Source: a bacterium
Lineage (GTDB): Bacteria > Patescibacteriota > Minisyncoccia > Phycocordibacterales > Phycocordibacteraceae
DNA length: 64,000 bases
NCBI GenBank assembly: GCA_027311385.1
Contig: DAICZA010000001.1
Span: 5,271-69,270, forward strand
Direction of reading: 5' to 3'
Shown here: piece after piece, positions 9,728 to 19,616 of the stretch
How the letters are laid out: every line of letters begins with the position of its first letter
How positions within the stretch are numbered: position 1 is the first letter of the stretch
The notes under the pieces: generated by a model
What the model saw: only the letters and a program-made list of their open reading frames with translations
What the model was told of the DNA's origin: nothing
The model's database searches: none
Position numbers and translations under genes: made by a program

Positions 9728-10997
9728 GCTTTTTCTCCCACCGCTTTTCCTGGCGGACGAGCCGCGCGGCGTCTTCGGGGTCCGCAAGGAGCGCCTTGAC
9801 GATGCCTTCGGTGCGGATTGACTGGGACCCTTTCACGAGGACGACATCGCCCGGGCGCACATACGCGGCAAGCGCGGCGGCGGCGGAACGCGCGTTATCA
9901 AAATGCATCGTCTCGGCCTTTCCCGGCGCCGCGACAAACGCACGCGCCCGGATGCCGACCGCCGCGATGACGTCCGCCGATTCGCCGGCGAGCACTCCGA
10001 TGCGCTCGTGTTCCGTAACCGAGTAGCGGCCGAGCTCCAGCATATCGCCGAGGACGGCGATGCGGCGCTTCGCATGCGGAAACGCCTTCAGCGTCTCAAG
10101 CGCTTCTTCTACGGCCACGGGTGACGCATTATAGGAATTATCAATGATGACGGAGCCGTTCTTCCCGAGAAGGAGCCGGCCGCGGCCGGGTGGCGGCTCG
10201 TAGCCCTCAAGCGCGGTGAGCGCGTCGGTAAGCGGGATGTCAAACGCGAGCGCCGTCGCGAGCGCCGCGGCGGCGGGGAGAATTTGCGCGTGTCCGACTG
10301 ACCCCTTCACAACGCACTCCCCGTGCTCGCCGCCTATCGTCGCTCTCGCCGCCATACCGGCAACCGCGCCTCCGGACTCATAGAAACGCACGTCACTCAT
10401 ACGCACCGAGGCGTCGCCCGCCGTGCCGTAGGAGATGACGCGCGCGGGTATGCGCAGGGCGTTATCAAGCGCATACGGGTCGTCGGCCGAGACGATGAGC
10501 GGCGCGGCGGGCGTAAGCGCATAGGCCGGCGAGAATTCCTCATCGCGGACGGCCTGCGGCGAGGCATACACCTCCACGTGCACCGGTATCTCGGGCAACC
10601 GCGTCACGACGACCGCGTCCGGCGTCGCAATGCGCAAGATGCGCGCGAGGTCACCGGGCTTGTCCGCGCCGACTTCCAGCACGAGCATCGTCGGGTAGTG
10701 ATTCGGCAAGATGAGGAGCGCAATCGCCTTCTTGAAGACCAGAAGCCACGAGAGCGGATTGTCCCACGGATTCTCAACGCCGAGGATAGTGAACGGGACG
10801 CCGAATTCGGTATTAAAACCTTTTTCGCTCTTGCGGCTGAAAAAGCGGGTCGCAAGCACGGTCGCGACAGCGTCCTTCGTGGAGGTCTTCCCGACCGATC
10901 CGGTCACCATCACGATACGCGGCCGGTAGCGGCGGACGACGCCCCGCGCGAGGAGCGCGAGGATGAACACAATGACGGGTTTAAATATTTTTTTCAT
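9723..10997 (-). CDS. murF: UDP-N-acetylmuramoyl-tripeptide--D-Ala-D-Ala ligase
   Basis: VTGSVGKTSTKD, DNSYNASP, VLGDMLELG, VLVKGSQ. Confidence 0.92.
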   Translation of the reverse strand: MKKIFKPVIVFILALLARGVVRRYRPRIVMVTGSVGKTSTKDAVATVLATRFFSRKSEKGFNTEFGVPFTILGVENPWDNPLSWLLVFKKAIALLILPNHYPTMLVLEVGADKPGDLARILRIATPDAVVVTRLPEIPVHVEVYASPQAVRDEEFSPAYALTPAAPLIVSADDPYALDNALRIPARVISYGTAGDASVRMSDVRFYESGGAVAGMAARATIGGEHGECVVKGSVGHAQILPAAAALATALAFDIPLTDALTALEGYEPPPGRGRLLLGKNGSVIIDNSYNASPVAVEEALETLKAFPHAKRRIAVLGDMLELGRYSVTEHERIGVLAGESADVIAAVGIRARAFVAAPGKAETMHFDNARSAAAALAAYVRPGDVVLVKGSQSIRTEGIVKALLADPEDAARLVRQEKRWEKKL

Positions 10998-11014
10998 ACT
11001 GCGGTGTTGTCCTG

Positions 11015-12769
11015 TTACCCCGAGCTCGCCGGGGCGCCTGTCTGGGTGCTCGGGAGGCCGCGGTCGGGCGGAACCTGGTAATAGTCAATCAGGAAGTGCA
11101 CGAGGTCAAGGAATGTGCTGTCCAGCGTCTCGGACGCATATTCCACGTGTTTCGGGTTATCTGTATAGAGCAGGATGATGAACCGCGGATTATACGAGGG
11201 GAAAAACCCGACAAACGAATGGAAAAAGCGGTCGGTGTAGTAACCGCCGCCGGGCTTGGTGAGCTGTGCGGTGCCGGTCTTCGCCGCAACCGACATCGTG
11301 GGAATAATCGCCCGACCGCCCTGCAGCACCGTATCAACCATATCGGTCATCATTTGCGTCGTCTCGTGCGCCGCTGTCGCTGAGAAGATACGCGTTGTCT
11401 GGCTCCAATCAAGCGTGCGGGTGATACCGGAATCCAGACGTACGGCGCTTGCGAGGTGCGGCTGTACCATCACGCCGCCGTTGGCGATGGCGCCGAGCGC
11501 GCGAATCATCTGCACCGGCGTCTCCGCGATGCCCTGCCCGAACGACGCCGTATCGTAATCAACCTGTTCCGGCTGGGAAAGATTAGAGAGGAGCGCGTGC
11601 CCCTCGTTCGGCAAGTCAATGCCCGTCTTCTGCCCGAAGAGTTCGGTGAAGTAGGCGCGGAATTTATCCTGCCCCAACTGCGTCGCGACCCACGAGGCGC
11701 CGACGTTGAGCGACTGAAGGATGATTTGCTCCATCGGGATGACGCCGCGCGCCTTTGAATCCCAATTGCAGATATGCGCATTGTTTACAGTGATGCAGCC
11801 CGTGTCGTCATAGGTGGTCTGCGGCGTGATGACACCCGCGTCCAGCGCCGAAGTCATCGTGAGCGGCTTCATAATGGAGCCGAATTCGTGCACGTGCTCC
11901 ACAAGCGGATTGCCGAGCAGGGTCGGGTCCACGTTCTGCAGGTTATTTTCGTCGTAGGTCGGATACGAGGTAAGCGCGATGATAGCACCGGTCGCGGGAT
12001 CCATAATGATGCCGCCCGAGTCGTCGCTTGAATACCGCTGATTCACCTTTGCGATATCGTCTTGGAGCCGCGTCTGGACCTCCGGCTCAATCGTGGTCAC
12101 GACGTCGCCTTCGTGTGCGTCCTTCGCGTTCACCAGCAGACTGCCCACGTTGGAGAAAAGCTCCGCAAAGAAATTTTTATACAGCGAGTCACCCGAGCGC
12201 GAGAGCACGCCGTCGTAGGTCGCTTCAAGCCCCGTTTGGCCGACCAGCGTATCGCCCGAACCGTAGGAGACGATGCCGATAGACTGCGCCGCGAGCGAGC
12301 CGCCCGGGTAGTAGCGCCAGCTTTCGCGCAGGACCTGGACGCCGGGAATGCCGAGTGCGGCAAGCGCCTGCCCGTCCGCGTCCGAGAGGTGGTGCGCGAC
12401 TTCCACGTATACCAGGTTCTTCTTCGCGGCGGCGGCGAGGAAAGCGTCGCGTGAGAGCGTTGATGAAGCGACGGCGCTTATCGCGCTATATGCCGCCGCG
12501 GGGTCGGTGATGGTTTGCGGATTGATGGCGACGAGAAATCCGGTCGCGAGCGTTGCCGCGGAAATGAGTGTGCCATCCTTGCGAGTGAAGTAGATGGACC
12601 CGCGGTCAAAGAGCCCGCTCCCGCCGGATGCGAATTGCCGGTCGGCTTTTTGCGCGTACTCGGCGCCGTGCACAATCTGGATGAAATAGAGGCGCAGGAG
12701 GGTCAAAAGCGCAGCAAGAACGATGAACGTGAGAACAAGGCGAATGCGTGAGCGAAACTGTGCACGCAT
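11015..12769 (-). CDS. ftsI: Class B penicillin-binding protein (FtsI-like); start codon rebuilt by element E1
   Basis: GSIMK (SxxK), SLN (SxN), KTGTAQ; position in mraZ-rsmH-ftsI-murF cluster. Confidence 0.85.
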   Translation of the reverse strand: MRAQFRSRIRLVLTFIVLAALLTLLRLYFIQIVHGAEYAQKADRQFASGGSGLFDRGSIYFTRKDGTLISAATLATGFLVAINPQTITDPAAAYSAISAVASSTLSRDAFLAAAAKKNLVYVEVAHHLSDADGQALAALGIPGVQVLRESWRYYPGGSLAAQSIGIVSYGSGDTLVGQTGLEATYDGVLSRSGDSLYKNFFAELFSNVGSLLVNAKDAHEGDVVTTIEPEVQTRLQDDIAKVNQRYSSDDSGGIIMDPATGAIIALTSYPTYDENNLQNVDPTLLGNPLVEHVHEFGSIMKPLTMTSALDAGVITPQTTYDDTGCITVNNAHICNWDSKARGVIPMEQIILQSLNVGASWVATQLGQDKFRAYFTELFGQKTGIDLPNEGHALLSNLSQPEQVDYDTASFGQGIAETPVQMIRALGAIANGGVMVQPHLASAVRLDSGITRTLDWSQTTRIFSATAAHETTQMMTDMVDTVLQGGRAIIPTMSVAAKTGTAQLTKPGGGYYTDRFFHSFVGFFPSYNPRFIILLYTDNPKHVEYASETLDSTFLDLVHFLIDYYQVPPDRGLPSTQTGAPASSG

Positions 12770-12885
12770 CCCGTTAGAAATAGAACACGAACGCACTTTT
12801 TGCGCCGTACTCTATCCAGCTAGTGTTTGTAATAACTGTCGTCATGATATTTTTTGGTGCGCTGTGTTCGTGATTTCTAACGGGA
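12769..12885 (-). mobile_element. Start-codon insertion element E1 (117 bp) at ftsI
   Basis: TIR TCCCGTTAGAAAT/ATTTCTAACGGGA; 4-bp duplication (+ strand CGCA at 12765-68 and 12886-89); original ATG at 12890. Confidence 0.85.
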
Positions 12886-12896
12886 CGCATGGCCCG

Positions 12897-13178
12897 TTAG
12901 CGCAGTGCGGTGACGCTCCTTGCGGGGACGAACAACTGAGCAGACGGCGCCGCGTACCCTTCGGCGAGATAATTCGTGTCCGTGACACTCGCCACGGAAG
13001 CGAGGTAGTGCGCCTCTAGCACGGCAACCGCAGCCTCGTCATTTTTAACCGATTGCGAGAATTCAACCGTGAGCGCCGCATAACTCATCACAACGGCGAT
13101 AAGACCGATGTAGACGACGAGCAGGACGCCGACGGCGCCGGAGGTAAGCGAAATAAATGAAAGACGAAGGTTATGCAT
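12897..13178 (-). CDS. Small bitopic membrane protein (FtsL-like by position)
   Basis: Single TM plus short helical tail between rsmH and ftsI. Confidence 0.6.
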   Translation of the reverse strand: MHNLRLSFISLTSGAVGVLLVVYIGLIAVVMSYAALTVEFSQSVKNDEAAVAVLEAHYLASVASVTDTNYLAEGYAAPSAQLFVPARSVTALR

Positions 13179-14208
13179 AAGAAAGAAGAGAAGTTAGCGT
13201 AGACGCCGATTCAGGGCGCGGTGAAGCCGTACCGCGCTCAAACACGCGCAATTTCGCGCTCCGCGCCCGGCGATTGGCGAGCAACTCCGCGCGCGACGGC
13301 GTGACGGGCTTTTTGGGATGAACGGTCCCCCACCCCGCCTCGGCCGCGTCGCGCAGGGTGTTCTTCACAATGCGGTCTTCAATGCTGTGGAACGAAATGA
13401 CTGCAAGTTTTCCGCCCGGCGCGAGCGCGGAAAAGGCGGCCGCAAGTCCTTCGCGGAGCGCACCGATTTCATCGTTGGCCGCGATACGGAGCGCCTGAAA
13501 TGTCTTCGTCGCCGGATGTATTTTCCGTTCGTGATACGAGCGCGGCGTGCCGGCGAGAACCGCGCGTACCAGGGCGTCGGTCGTGAGGATGCGTTCCTTG
13601 GCGCGCGCCGCCACAATGGCGCGCGCGATGGCGCGTGCGAAATGCTCCTCCCCGTACGTGAAGATGATATCCGCGAGGTCCGCTTCCGACGACATATTCA
13701 CAATGTCGGCCGCCGTCTCGCCGCCCTCGCCGTACGTCATCAGGAGCGGCTCGTCGTTCTGGAACGAGAAGCCGCGCGGCGTCGCGATTTGGTACCCGCT
13801 CCAACCGAGGTCAAACAGCATCTTGTTCACCTGGCCGATGCCGAGCCGCTCAAGAATGCGCGTGAGATTGCGGAAGTTGTCGTTGACCAGGTGCGCCACC
13901 GGGCGCTCGGGCCGGCGGTCGCGCGCGTAGGCCGCGCGCGCGCGGGCGACGGCGGCGGGGTCGGCGTCAATGCCGATAATCGTGCCGTCCTCGCCGAGCG
14001 CGGCGAGGAGTTCCGCGAAGTGCCCCGCTCCGCCCAAGGTCGCGTCCACGACCGTATCGCCCGGCGCGACGGAGAGCGCGGCGAGCACTTCCTGCATCAG
14101 CACCGGTTCGTGACGAGCCTCCACCCCGTTAGAGATATTCCTCTCGAGAGGTAGCAGGCGACGACGAGACGACGAACTTCCCTTTCCAAAATCTCTAACG
14201 GGGTCCAT
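13171..14208 (-). CDS. rsmH: 16S rRNA m4C1402 methyltransferase RsmH (N-terminus includes in-frame element E2)
   Basis: HEPVL, DATLGGAGH, FDLGWS, HPATKTFQALRIAAN, SFHSIEDRIVK, RARSAKLR. Confidence 0.95.
   Translation of the reverse strand: MDPVRDFGKGSSSSRRRLLPLERNISNGVEARHEPVLMQEVLAALSVAPGDTVVDATLGGAGHFAELLAALGEDGTIIGIDADPAAVARARAAYARDRRPERPVAHLVNDNFRNLTRILERLGIGQVNKMLFDLGWSGYQIATPRGFSFQNDEPLLMTYGEGGETAADIVNMSSEADLADIIFTYGEEHFARAIARAIVAARAKERILTTDALVRAVLAGTPRSYHERKIHPATKTFQALRIAANDEIGALREGLAAAFSALAPGGKLAVISFHSIEDRIVKNTLRDAAEAGWGTVHPKKPVTPSRAELLANRRARSAKLRVFERGTASPRPESASTLTSLLSYA
14124..14203 (-). mobile_element. Start-codon insertion element E2 (80 bp) at rsmH
   Basis: TIR CCCCGTTAGAGAT/ATCTCTAACGGGG; duplication TCCA at 14120-23 and 14204-07; rebuilds GTG; adds 84 nt in frame. 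Confidence 0.85.
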
Positions 14209-14209
14209 A

Positions 14210-14635
14210 TCAGTTGTCGCCGACGGTCTCGGCAAACGCGTCAGCATCGCGTTCAATCGCGGCCGTGTACTTCTTCCATGCCGCTTCGTTCCAGATTTCC
14301 ACCCGGTCGGCGACGCCGGCGATGACCGCCTTCTCCTTGATAGACGCGAACGACTTCAAGTGTTCGGGAATGAGCACGCGGCCCGTGCCGTCAACGTCGG
14401 CTTCCGATGAACCGGCAAGAAAAAGCCGCGCGAGGCCGCGGCGCGCCGCGTTCCCGTTTACCGCCGCCGCATACGCCGTCGCCTCCTTCTCCCACGCCTT
14501 GCGCGAGTAGACGTTGAGACAATGATCAAGGCCGCGCGTGACAACCACGACGCGGCCAAGATCCTTCCGGAATTTCGAAGGAATCGAAATCCTATTCTTA
14601 GAATCAAAAGTGTGTAGATATTCTCCGAGGAACAT
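14210..14635 (-). CDS. mraZ: Transcriptional regulator MraZ
   Basis: MFLGEYLHTFDSKNRISIPSKFR, DGTGRVLIP, GVADRVEIW. Confidence 0.95.
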   Translation of the reverse strand: MFLGEYLHTFDSKNRISIPSKFRKDLGRVVVVTRGLDHCLNVYSRKAWEKEATAYAAAVNGNAARRGLARLFLAGSSEADVDGTGRVLIPEHLKSFASIKEKAVIAGVADRVEIWNEAAWKKYTAAIERDADAFAETVGDN

Positions 14636-14666
14636 AGCGGAAGATGGCTGTGCGAGGAAGGAATAG

Positions 14667-14732
14667 GCCACCACTCCCATTTCCCACTCTGCTAACCATT
14701 TCTGGATTATATGCCACTTCCTCCCACTCCCC
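14667..14732 (-). promoter_or_regulatory. Putative MraZ operator (GTGG/TGGG repeats)
   Basis: Minus strand GAGTGGGAGGAAGTGG...GAGTGGGAAATGGGAGTGGTGG upstream of mraZ, matching known MraZ-box style. Confidence 0.65.
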
Positions 14733-14807
14733 TACGGGAGTTATCCACAGGCCAAAAAAGCAAAAGCCGGCGCGGCAGGAGCCGCGCCGGAGGAGGAGCG
14801 AACGCGT

Positions 14808-16292
14808 TTATCGCGGGCGCATCAGGGGAAAGATCTGCCCTTCACGTATGGAGACATCCTCAAAGAAGTCAAAGAGGCGTTCGGACACGCCGAAGCCGAA
14901 CGCCGGCGGCATACCGTATTCCAGTGCCTCTACGAAATCAGCATCCGGCATCTGTGCCTCCTCATCGCCCGCATCACGTAACTGCTGCTGTCGCGCGAAG
15001 CGCTCGGCTTGGTCTACCGGATCGTTAAGCTCGCTGAATCCTTTCCCTATCTCTGAACCGGCAATCATCACCTGGAAACGTTCCACGACGCGCGAGTCCT
15101 TCGCGCTCTTCTTCGCAAGCGGCTCCATATAGACCGGCACATTCACGAGGAACCCGGGGCCGGCAATCTCTTTACGAATTATTTTCCAAAGGCTATCAAC
15201 TGCCCGCGCGATGTTATATTCTGTGTGTTCGTATTTGATTCCAGCATTTTCACATATTTCAATCAGGTCACCGAGCGTTACTCTCTTCTCAGTTTTTTTA
15301 TACATCTCGGTAAGCGGATTCAACCCGAAACGATCCTCTACGAGCTTACAAAAGTCATACATCTCCCACTCTTTGCCCAAATCAACCTCAAATCCCTTGA
15401 TAGAAAAAACTCGCGTACCATACACCATGTCGGCGATGGTGCGGTACAGATCGGCAATCATCTCCATCCCCGCCTCGTAATCCTTAAACGCCTCGTAGAA
15501 TTCCACCTGCGTGTAGTCCTGCGCGTGTTCCGCCGACATTCCCTCATTGCGGAAGATACGACCGATTTCAAACGTCTTCGGCAGACCAGCGACCATCAGC
15601 CGCTTCTGCCAGAGCTCGCCGGCGCTGATGCGCAGGTACACATCCATATCGAGCGCGTTGTGGTGCGTCACAAACGGGCGCGCCTCGGCGCCGCCGGTTG
15701 TCGTCTCAAGCACGGGCGTCTCCACTTCCACGAAATCCCGCGCGAGGAGATACGCGCGAATGGTATTCCAAAATCGTGAACGCCGTTTGATGCGCTGTGC
15801 CAAATCTTTCGTGAGGAGGATATCCAGATAGCGCTTTCGGAACCGTTCGTCCTCGTCCTTGATGCCGAACCATTCATCGGGAAGCGGACGGAGTGACTTG
15901 GCGAGCATGCGCCACCCAGTCACGTCCAAGGACGGCATCCCGCGCTTGGTGGTAAATGCCATGCCGGAAACCTCAACGACATCGCCGGTATCAACGGCGG
16001 CAGTGAAAAGGTCGTACGATTCATCGCCGAGTTTGTCGCGCTGGACGAAGCACTGCCCTTTCGTCCCGTCAAAAATATCAATGAACAGCGAGCCACCATG
16101 CTCGCGGATGGAGAGCACGCGTCCGGCAAGCATTATCTGCTCGCTATTCTTTTCGAGCACAGCGTGGTTCTCGAGGAACTGCTCAACGGAATGCGTGCGC
16201 GAAGTGCGCGCCGGATAAGCGTCCATCCCCGCCTCTTTGAGACGGGCTATTTTCGCAAGCCGATCGGCGCGCACGGTCTCAAGCAAAGCCAT
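14808..16292 (-). CDS. lysS: Lysine--tRNA ligase (class II)
   Basis: VETPVL...GGAEARPFVTHHNALD, FRNEG, ALEYGMPPAFGFG. Confidence 0.96.
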   Translation of the reverse strand: MALLETVRADRLAKIARLKEAGMDAYPARTSRTHSVEQFLENHAVLEKNSEQIMLAGRVLSIREHGGSLFIDIFDGTKGQCFVQRDKLGDESYDLFTAAVDTGDVVEVSGMAFTTKRGMPSLDVTGWRMLAKSLRPLPDEWFGIKDEDERFRKRYLDILLTKDLAQRIKRRSRFWNTIRAYLLARDFVEVETPVLETTTGGAEARPFVTHHNALDMDVYLRISAGELWQKRLMVAGLPKTFEIGRIFRNEGMSAEHAQDYTQVEFYEAFKDYEAGMEMIADLYRTIADMVYGTRVFSIKGFEVDLGKEWEMYDFCKLVEDRFGLNPLTEMYKKTEKRVTLGDLIEICENAGIKYEHTEYNIARAVDSLWKIIRKEIAGPGFLVNVPVYMEPLAKKSAKDSRVVERFQVMIAGSEIGKGFSELNDPVDQAERFARQQQLRDAGDEEAQMPDADFVEALEYGMPPAFGFGVSERLFDFFEDVSIREGQIFPLMRPR

Positions 16293-16316
16293 ACGCTCTA
16301 CTATACCATCCGTTCG

Positions 16317-16790
16317 TCAGGCCACCTTCTCTATCGTATAGGTCTGCTTGCCCGACGGGGTCTCAAAGGTGAACATATCGCCCTTCTTCTTGCCCATCAG
16401 CGCGGCGCCCAAGGGCGAGACGTGCGAGAGCTTCTTCACGCGCATATCGGCCTCCTCGCTCCCGACGATGGTGTACTCGTGCACCTCGTCGCTCCCCTCC
16501 CGCTTGATGGAAACGACCGAATTGAAACTGACCTCGTTCTTCTTCTTGCCGTCGGTGAGAATCTTCGTATTTTTCACGAGGTCTTCCAGCTTCTTGATGC
16601 GCTCCTCGGTCGCAGCCTGCAAATCGCGCGCTTCCTGATACTCGGCGTTCTCCGAGAGGTCGCCGAGCGACCGGGCGTATTCCAAGTTCTTGGCAATCTC
16701 GGTGCGGCGCACCGTTTTCAGGTGCTCCAATTCTTTAATCATCTCGTCAAATTTTTCTTGCGAGACGAACGTGTCCTGTGTATCGGTCAT
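16317..16790 (-). CDS. greA: Transcription elongation factor GreA
   Basis: GDLSENAEYQEAR, SPLGAALMGK. Confidence 0.96.
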   Translation of the reverse strand: MTDTQDTFVSQEKFDEMIKELEHLKTVRRTEIAKNLEYARSLGDLSENAEYQEARDLQAATEERIKKLEDLVKNTKILTDGKKKNEVSFNSVVSIKREGSDEVHEYTIVGSEEADMRVKKLSHVSPLGAALMGKKKGDMFTFETPSGKQTYTIEKVA

Positions 16791-16825
16791 ATCTGGTGTG
16801 GTGAGGGCATTGTACGCGAGCGCCG

Positions 16826-18523
16826 TTATTGCGCAAGCGCCGTGGTCGTCGCGGTACCTCCCACATACGGCGAGTTCTCGGCATACAGTAAATCAAAAAG
16901 TTCGCGCATCACGTTTACGGACTGTTCGCCGGCGCCCGAGGGCCCGCGCTCCAGCACGACCGCAAACGCATACTGCGGATGGTCGTAGGGGAAGAACCCT
17001 TCTACCCACGAATTGTCGTACTGGTTGTGCACGCCCGTCTGTGCGGTGCCGGTCTTCGCCGCGACGGCAAGATACGGCAGATTGATGGCGGTCGCGAGCG
17101 CGCTCGTGACGCCGTCGCGCATACCCGCGCGCACCACCGCGAGCATTGCGGGATTGACCGACACGGTGGTATGCACGGGAATGGCGCCCGCGAGCAGGGT
17201 CGGCGTGAACAGGTCCCCGCCGTTGGCGATGGCCGCGGTCGCGCGCGCCATTTGTATCGGCGTCACCTGCATCCCGTACTGCCCGATAGCGGTAAAGTAC
17301 GTATCGCCGAGATACCACGGTTCGTTGAAGACCTGCTTCTTCCACGCCGGCGTCGGGACGACACCGCTCGCTTCTCCCGCGAGGTTGATGCCGGTCGTCG
17401 TGCCAAATCCGAACTGCTGGTACCAGTAATCAAGCCGGTCAATGCCGAGCCCCTTCTGAGAGCCGAACCCGCCGCCGACCGTGTAGAAAAAGACATCCGA
17501 CGACCAGGCGATCGCCTTCTCTGCGTTCACCGGCCCGAGCGCCTTCCATCCTTTGTAAAGAAATTCCTTGCCCGGGTGGTACGGGTCCGGGATGGAGAGC
17601 GAGCCCGTGTCGTTGATAATCGTCTGCGGCGTGATGATGCCGTCGGTGAGCGCACCGGAAGCGACAAACGGCTTCACAATGGAACCCGGCGCGTACACGC
17701 CCTGCACGGCATGGTCAATAAACGGACGCCCGATGTTTGTGTTGTATCCGGCAATAACGCTCGGCGGACCGCCGCTCGCCATCACGCCCGAATCGTAGCT
17801 CGGATACGAGACGAGCGCGCGCACGGCGCCGCTGTGCGTATCCAGAATGACGCCGCCGCCGGCAATGAATCCTTGCGTGCTCGCCACGTGCGCGAGTGCC
17901 TGCGCGAACCGCTGTTCAAGGTTTGCATCAAGCGAGAGTCGGAGCGTCTGACCTTCTTTTGCGGGGACGATGGTTCCTTCCGAGCGAACCTTGCCAAGCG
18001 CATCGGTCTCGGTCAACAGTTGCCCGTTCTTCCCCGCCAAAAGCCCGTCATACTCCGCCTCAAGGCCGGTCACGCCGGTCTCGGTCGTGTCGTAGTAGAC
18101 CCCGCTTGCGTCTTTCTTCGGATACGAAACGTAACCGATGATGGCACTTGCTGCGGGAACCGGATAGGCGCGCAGAACGGTGCCGTCCGCCGTCTGGACG
18201 TTTTCGGCGAGTACGACGCCGTGCATATCGGTGATGACCCCGCGCGGCGCGAAGAGCGTCGTAACGGCGAGGCTGTTGTGCGCGCTCTCGGCCGCAAACG
18301 CGGCGCCGTCGGTTACCTCCAGATTCCACGAACGGGAAACGAGCACGAGCATAAGAAGCGTGAGAACGGCGACGAGCGAAACAAAAGTTCTCTGCGACAG
18401 CGGCTTCTCAATCCGCCCTTCAAAACGGGCGCGGTCAAAAGCGGGCGCATTTGATGCGTCAAGGAATATTTCGTCGGGGGCTATCTCCGGATCGCGCCGC
18501 CGCTTCAGCCGCCATCGTTTCAT
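16826..18523 (-). CDS. mrdA: Penicillin-binding protein 2 (MrdA-like)
   Basis: PGSIVK, SSDVFFY, KTGTAQ; downstream of mreBC. Confidence 0.85.
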   Translation of the reverse strand: MKRWRLKRRRDPEIAPDEIFLDASNAPAFDRARFEGRIEKPLSQRTFVSLVAVLTLLMLVLVSRSWNLEVTDGAAFAAESAHNSLAVTTLFAPRGVITDMHGVVLAENVQTADGTVLRAYPVPAASAIIGYVSYPKKDASGVYYDTTETGVTGLEAEYDGLLAGKNGQLLTETDALGKVRSEGTIVPAKEGQTLRLSLDANLEQRFAQALAHVASTQGFIAGGGVILDTHSGAVRALVSYPSYDSGVMASGGPPSVIAGYNTNIGRPFIDHAVQGVYAPGSIVKPFVASGALTDGIITPQTIINDTGSLSIPDPYHPGKEFLYKGWKALGPVNAEKAIAWSSDVFFYTVGGGFGSQKGLGIDRLDYWYQQFGFGTTTGINLAGEASGVVPTPAWKKQVFNEPWYLGDTYFTAIGQYGMQVTPIQMARATAAIANGGDLFTPTLLAGAIPVHTTVSVNPAMLAVVRAGMRDGVTSALATAINLPYLAVAAKTGTAQTGVHNQYDNSWVEGFFPYDHPQYAFAVVLERGPSGAGEQSVNVMRELFDLLYAENSPYVGGTATTTALAQ

Positions 18524-18774
18524 CCCCTCATAGTACCCGCCCGGAGCCGGCTTCGCACGAAAAACGCGGCGGCCGTCACCAGCGCCCCGCAGAGCGTCGC
18601 AAGCGGCAGTGTATGGGCCTGCGGCGCGTAGTAGAGTGTATCGGCGAACAAGCCCGCCGCAAGCGGTACCAAGGGTTCGGTAAACGCACACACCAGCGCG
18701 AGAAGCGCCGCAAACGGCCACGGGAAGAAGACGACGGAAATAAGCGTCAGAACCGTCAGTGCTCCGCGCATCAT
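18520..18774 (-). CDS. Small membrane protein (MreD position)
   Basis: Hydrophobic 84-aa ORF, ATGA-coupled to mreC and to mrdA. Confidence 0.6.
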   Translation of the reverse strand: MMRGALTVLTLISVVFFPWPFAALLALVCAFTEPLVPLAAGLFADTLYYAPQAHTLPLATLCGALVTAAAFFVRSRLRAGTMRG

Positions 18775-19616
18775 GGCACGGTAGACGTCGCCTGCGAAAG
18801 TTCGCCGACGAGTGCCTGGCCGCTGTCGCGCACGACGACCCACGACGCGGAGAAGAGATTGAACGCCGGCGTGATGCGGAGCGTGACCGAGGGCGACGAC
18901 GGGTCGCTGTCAATGCGCGCGACGCTCCCGATGGCGAGCATACCCGGGCCGGGACCAAAGACGCTTTCGCCGACCGCGATGTTTGCCGACCGCGCGATTG
19001 AAGCGCTCATCGCTCCCGCACCGGAGCCCGTAATGACGAGCGGGGTGCGCGCCTGCCCGACCCAGCCGGTGAACGTCATCCCCGGCGACGAGAACAGTGT
19101 CACGCGGGAGAAATCGCTCGTGACGAACGAAACGACGCCGACGGGTACGCCGCCGTCGCCGAACGCTTCCATCCCCACGGTGATGCCGGCGTTCGCGCCT
19201 TCGGCGAGCACGAGCGTGTCATACGGACTCTCGGGCGGACGGGCGACGACGCCGGCGAGAATGTGAGCGGCAGTCGTCTTCTCCGCTGCGGGTGCGCCAA
19301 GCAGGGCGCCGAGGTCCGCTACTTTCTGGAGAAGCGTTTGATTCTCGCTCGCGAGTGCCGCATTTTCGTTCTGCAACTTTTCATTTTGAAGTGCGAGGTC
19401 CGCCGTGTTGCCGAAACTGGAGAGGAACGCGCGGCTTCCTGCAGCAACGGAACCCGCGGCGCCGAAGACCGGCGTCATCATCCGCCAAAAGACGTTCGGT
19501 GCGAGCAGGCGCACAAAGAGGAACAGAAGTACGAACGCCAGCGCCAGCGCGCCCCATGACATACCCTCCGGCGTGAGGAGCGCGTTACGCCTCGTTAAGA
19601 ATATCCTCTTCATCAA
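18771..19616 (-). CDS. mreC: Rod shape-determining protein MreC
   Basis: TM + coiled coil (LQNEKLQNENAAL) + beta domain; follows mreB. Confidence 0.85.
   Translation of the reverse strand: MMKRIFLTRRNALLTPEGMSWGALALAFVLLFLFVRLLAPNVFWRMMTPVFGAAGSVAAGSRAFLSSFGNTADLALQNEKLQNENAALASENQTLLQKVADLGALLGAPAAEKTTAAHILAGVVARPPESPYDTLVLAEGANAGITVGMEAFGDGGVPVGVVSFVTSDFSRVTLFSSPGMTFTGWVGQARTPLVITGSGAGAMSASIARSANIAVGESVFGPGPGMLAIGSVARIDSDPSSPSVTLRITPAFNLFSASWVVVRDSGQALVGELSQATSTVP

Noticed and set aside
12893-12900. Extra CCCGTTAG next to E1
   Set aside because: Only 8 bp, includes the upstream gene's stop, and has no partner end or duplication; may be chance
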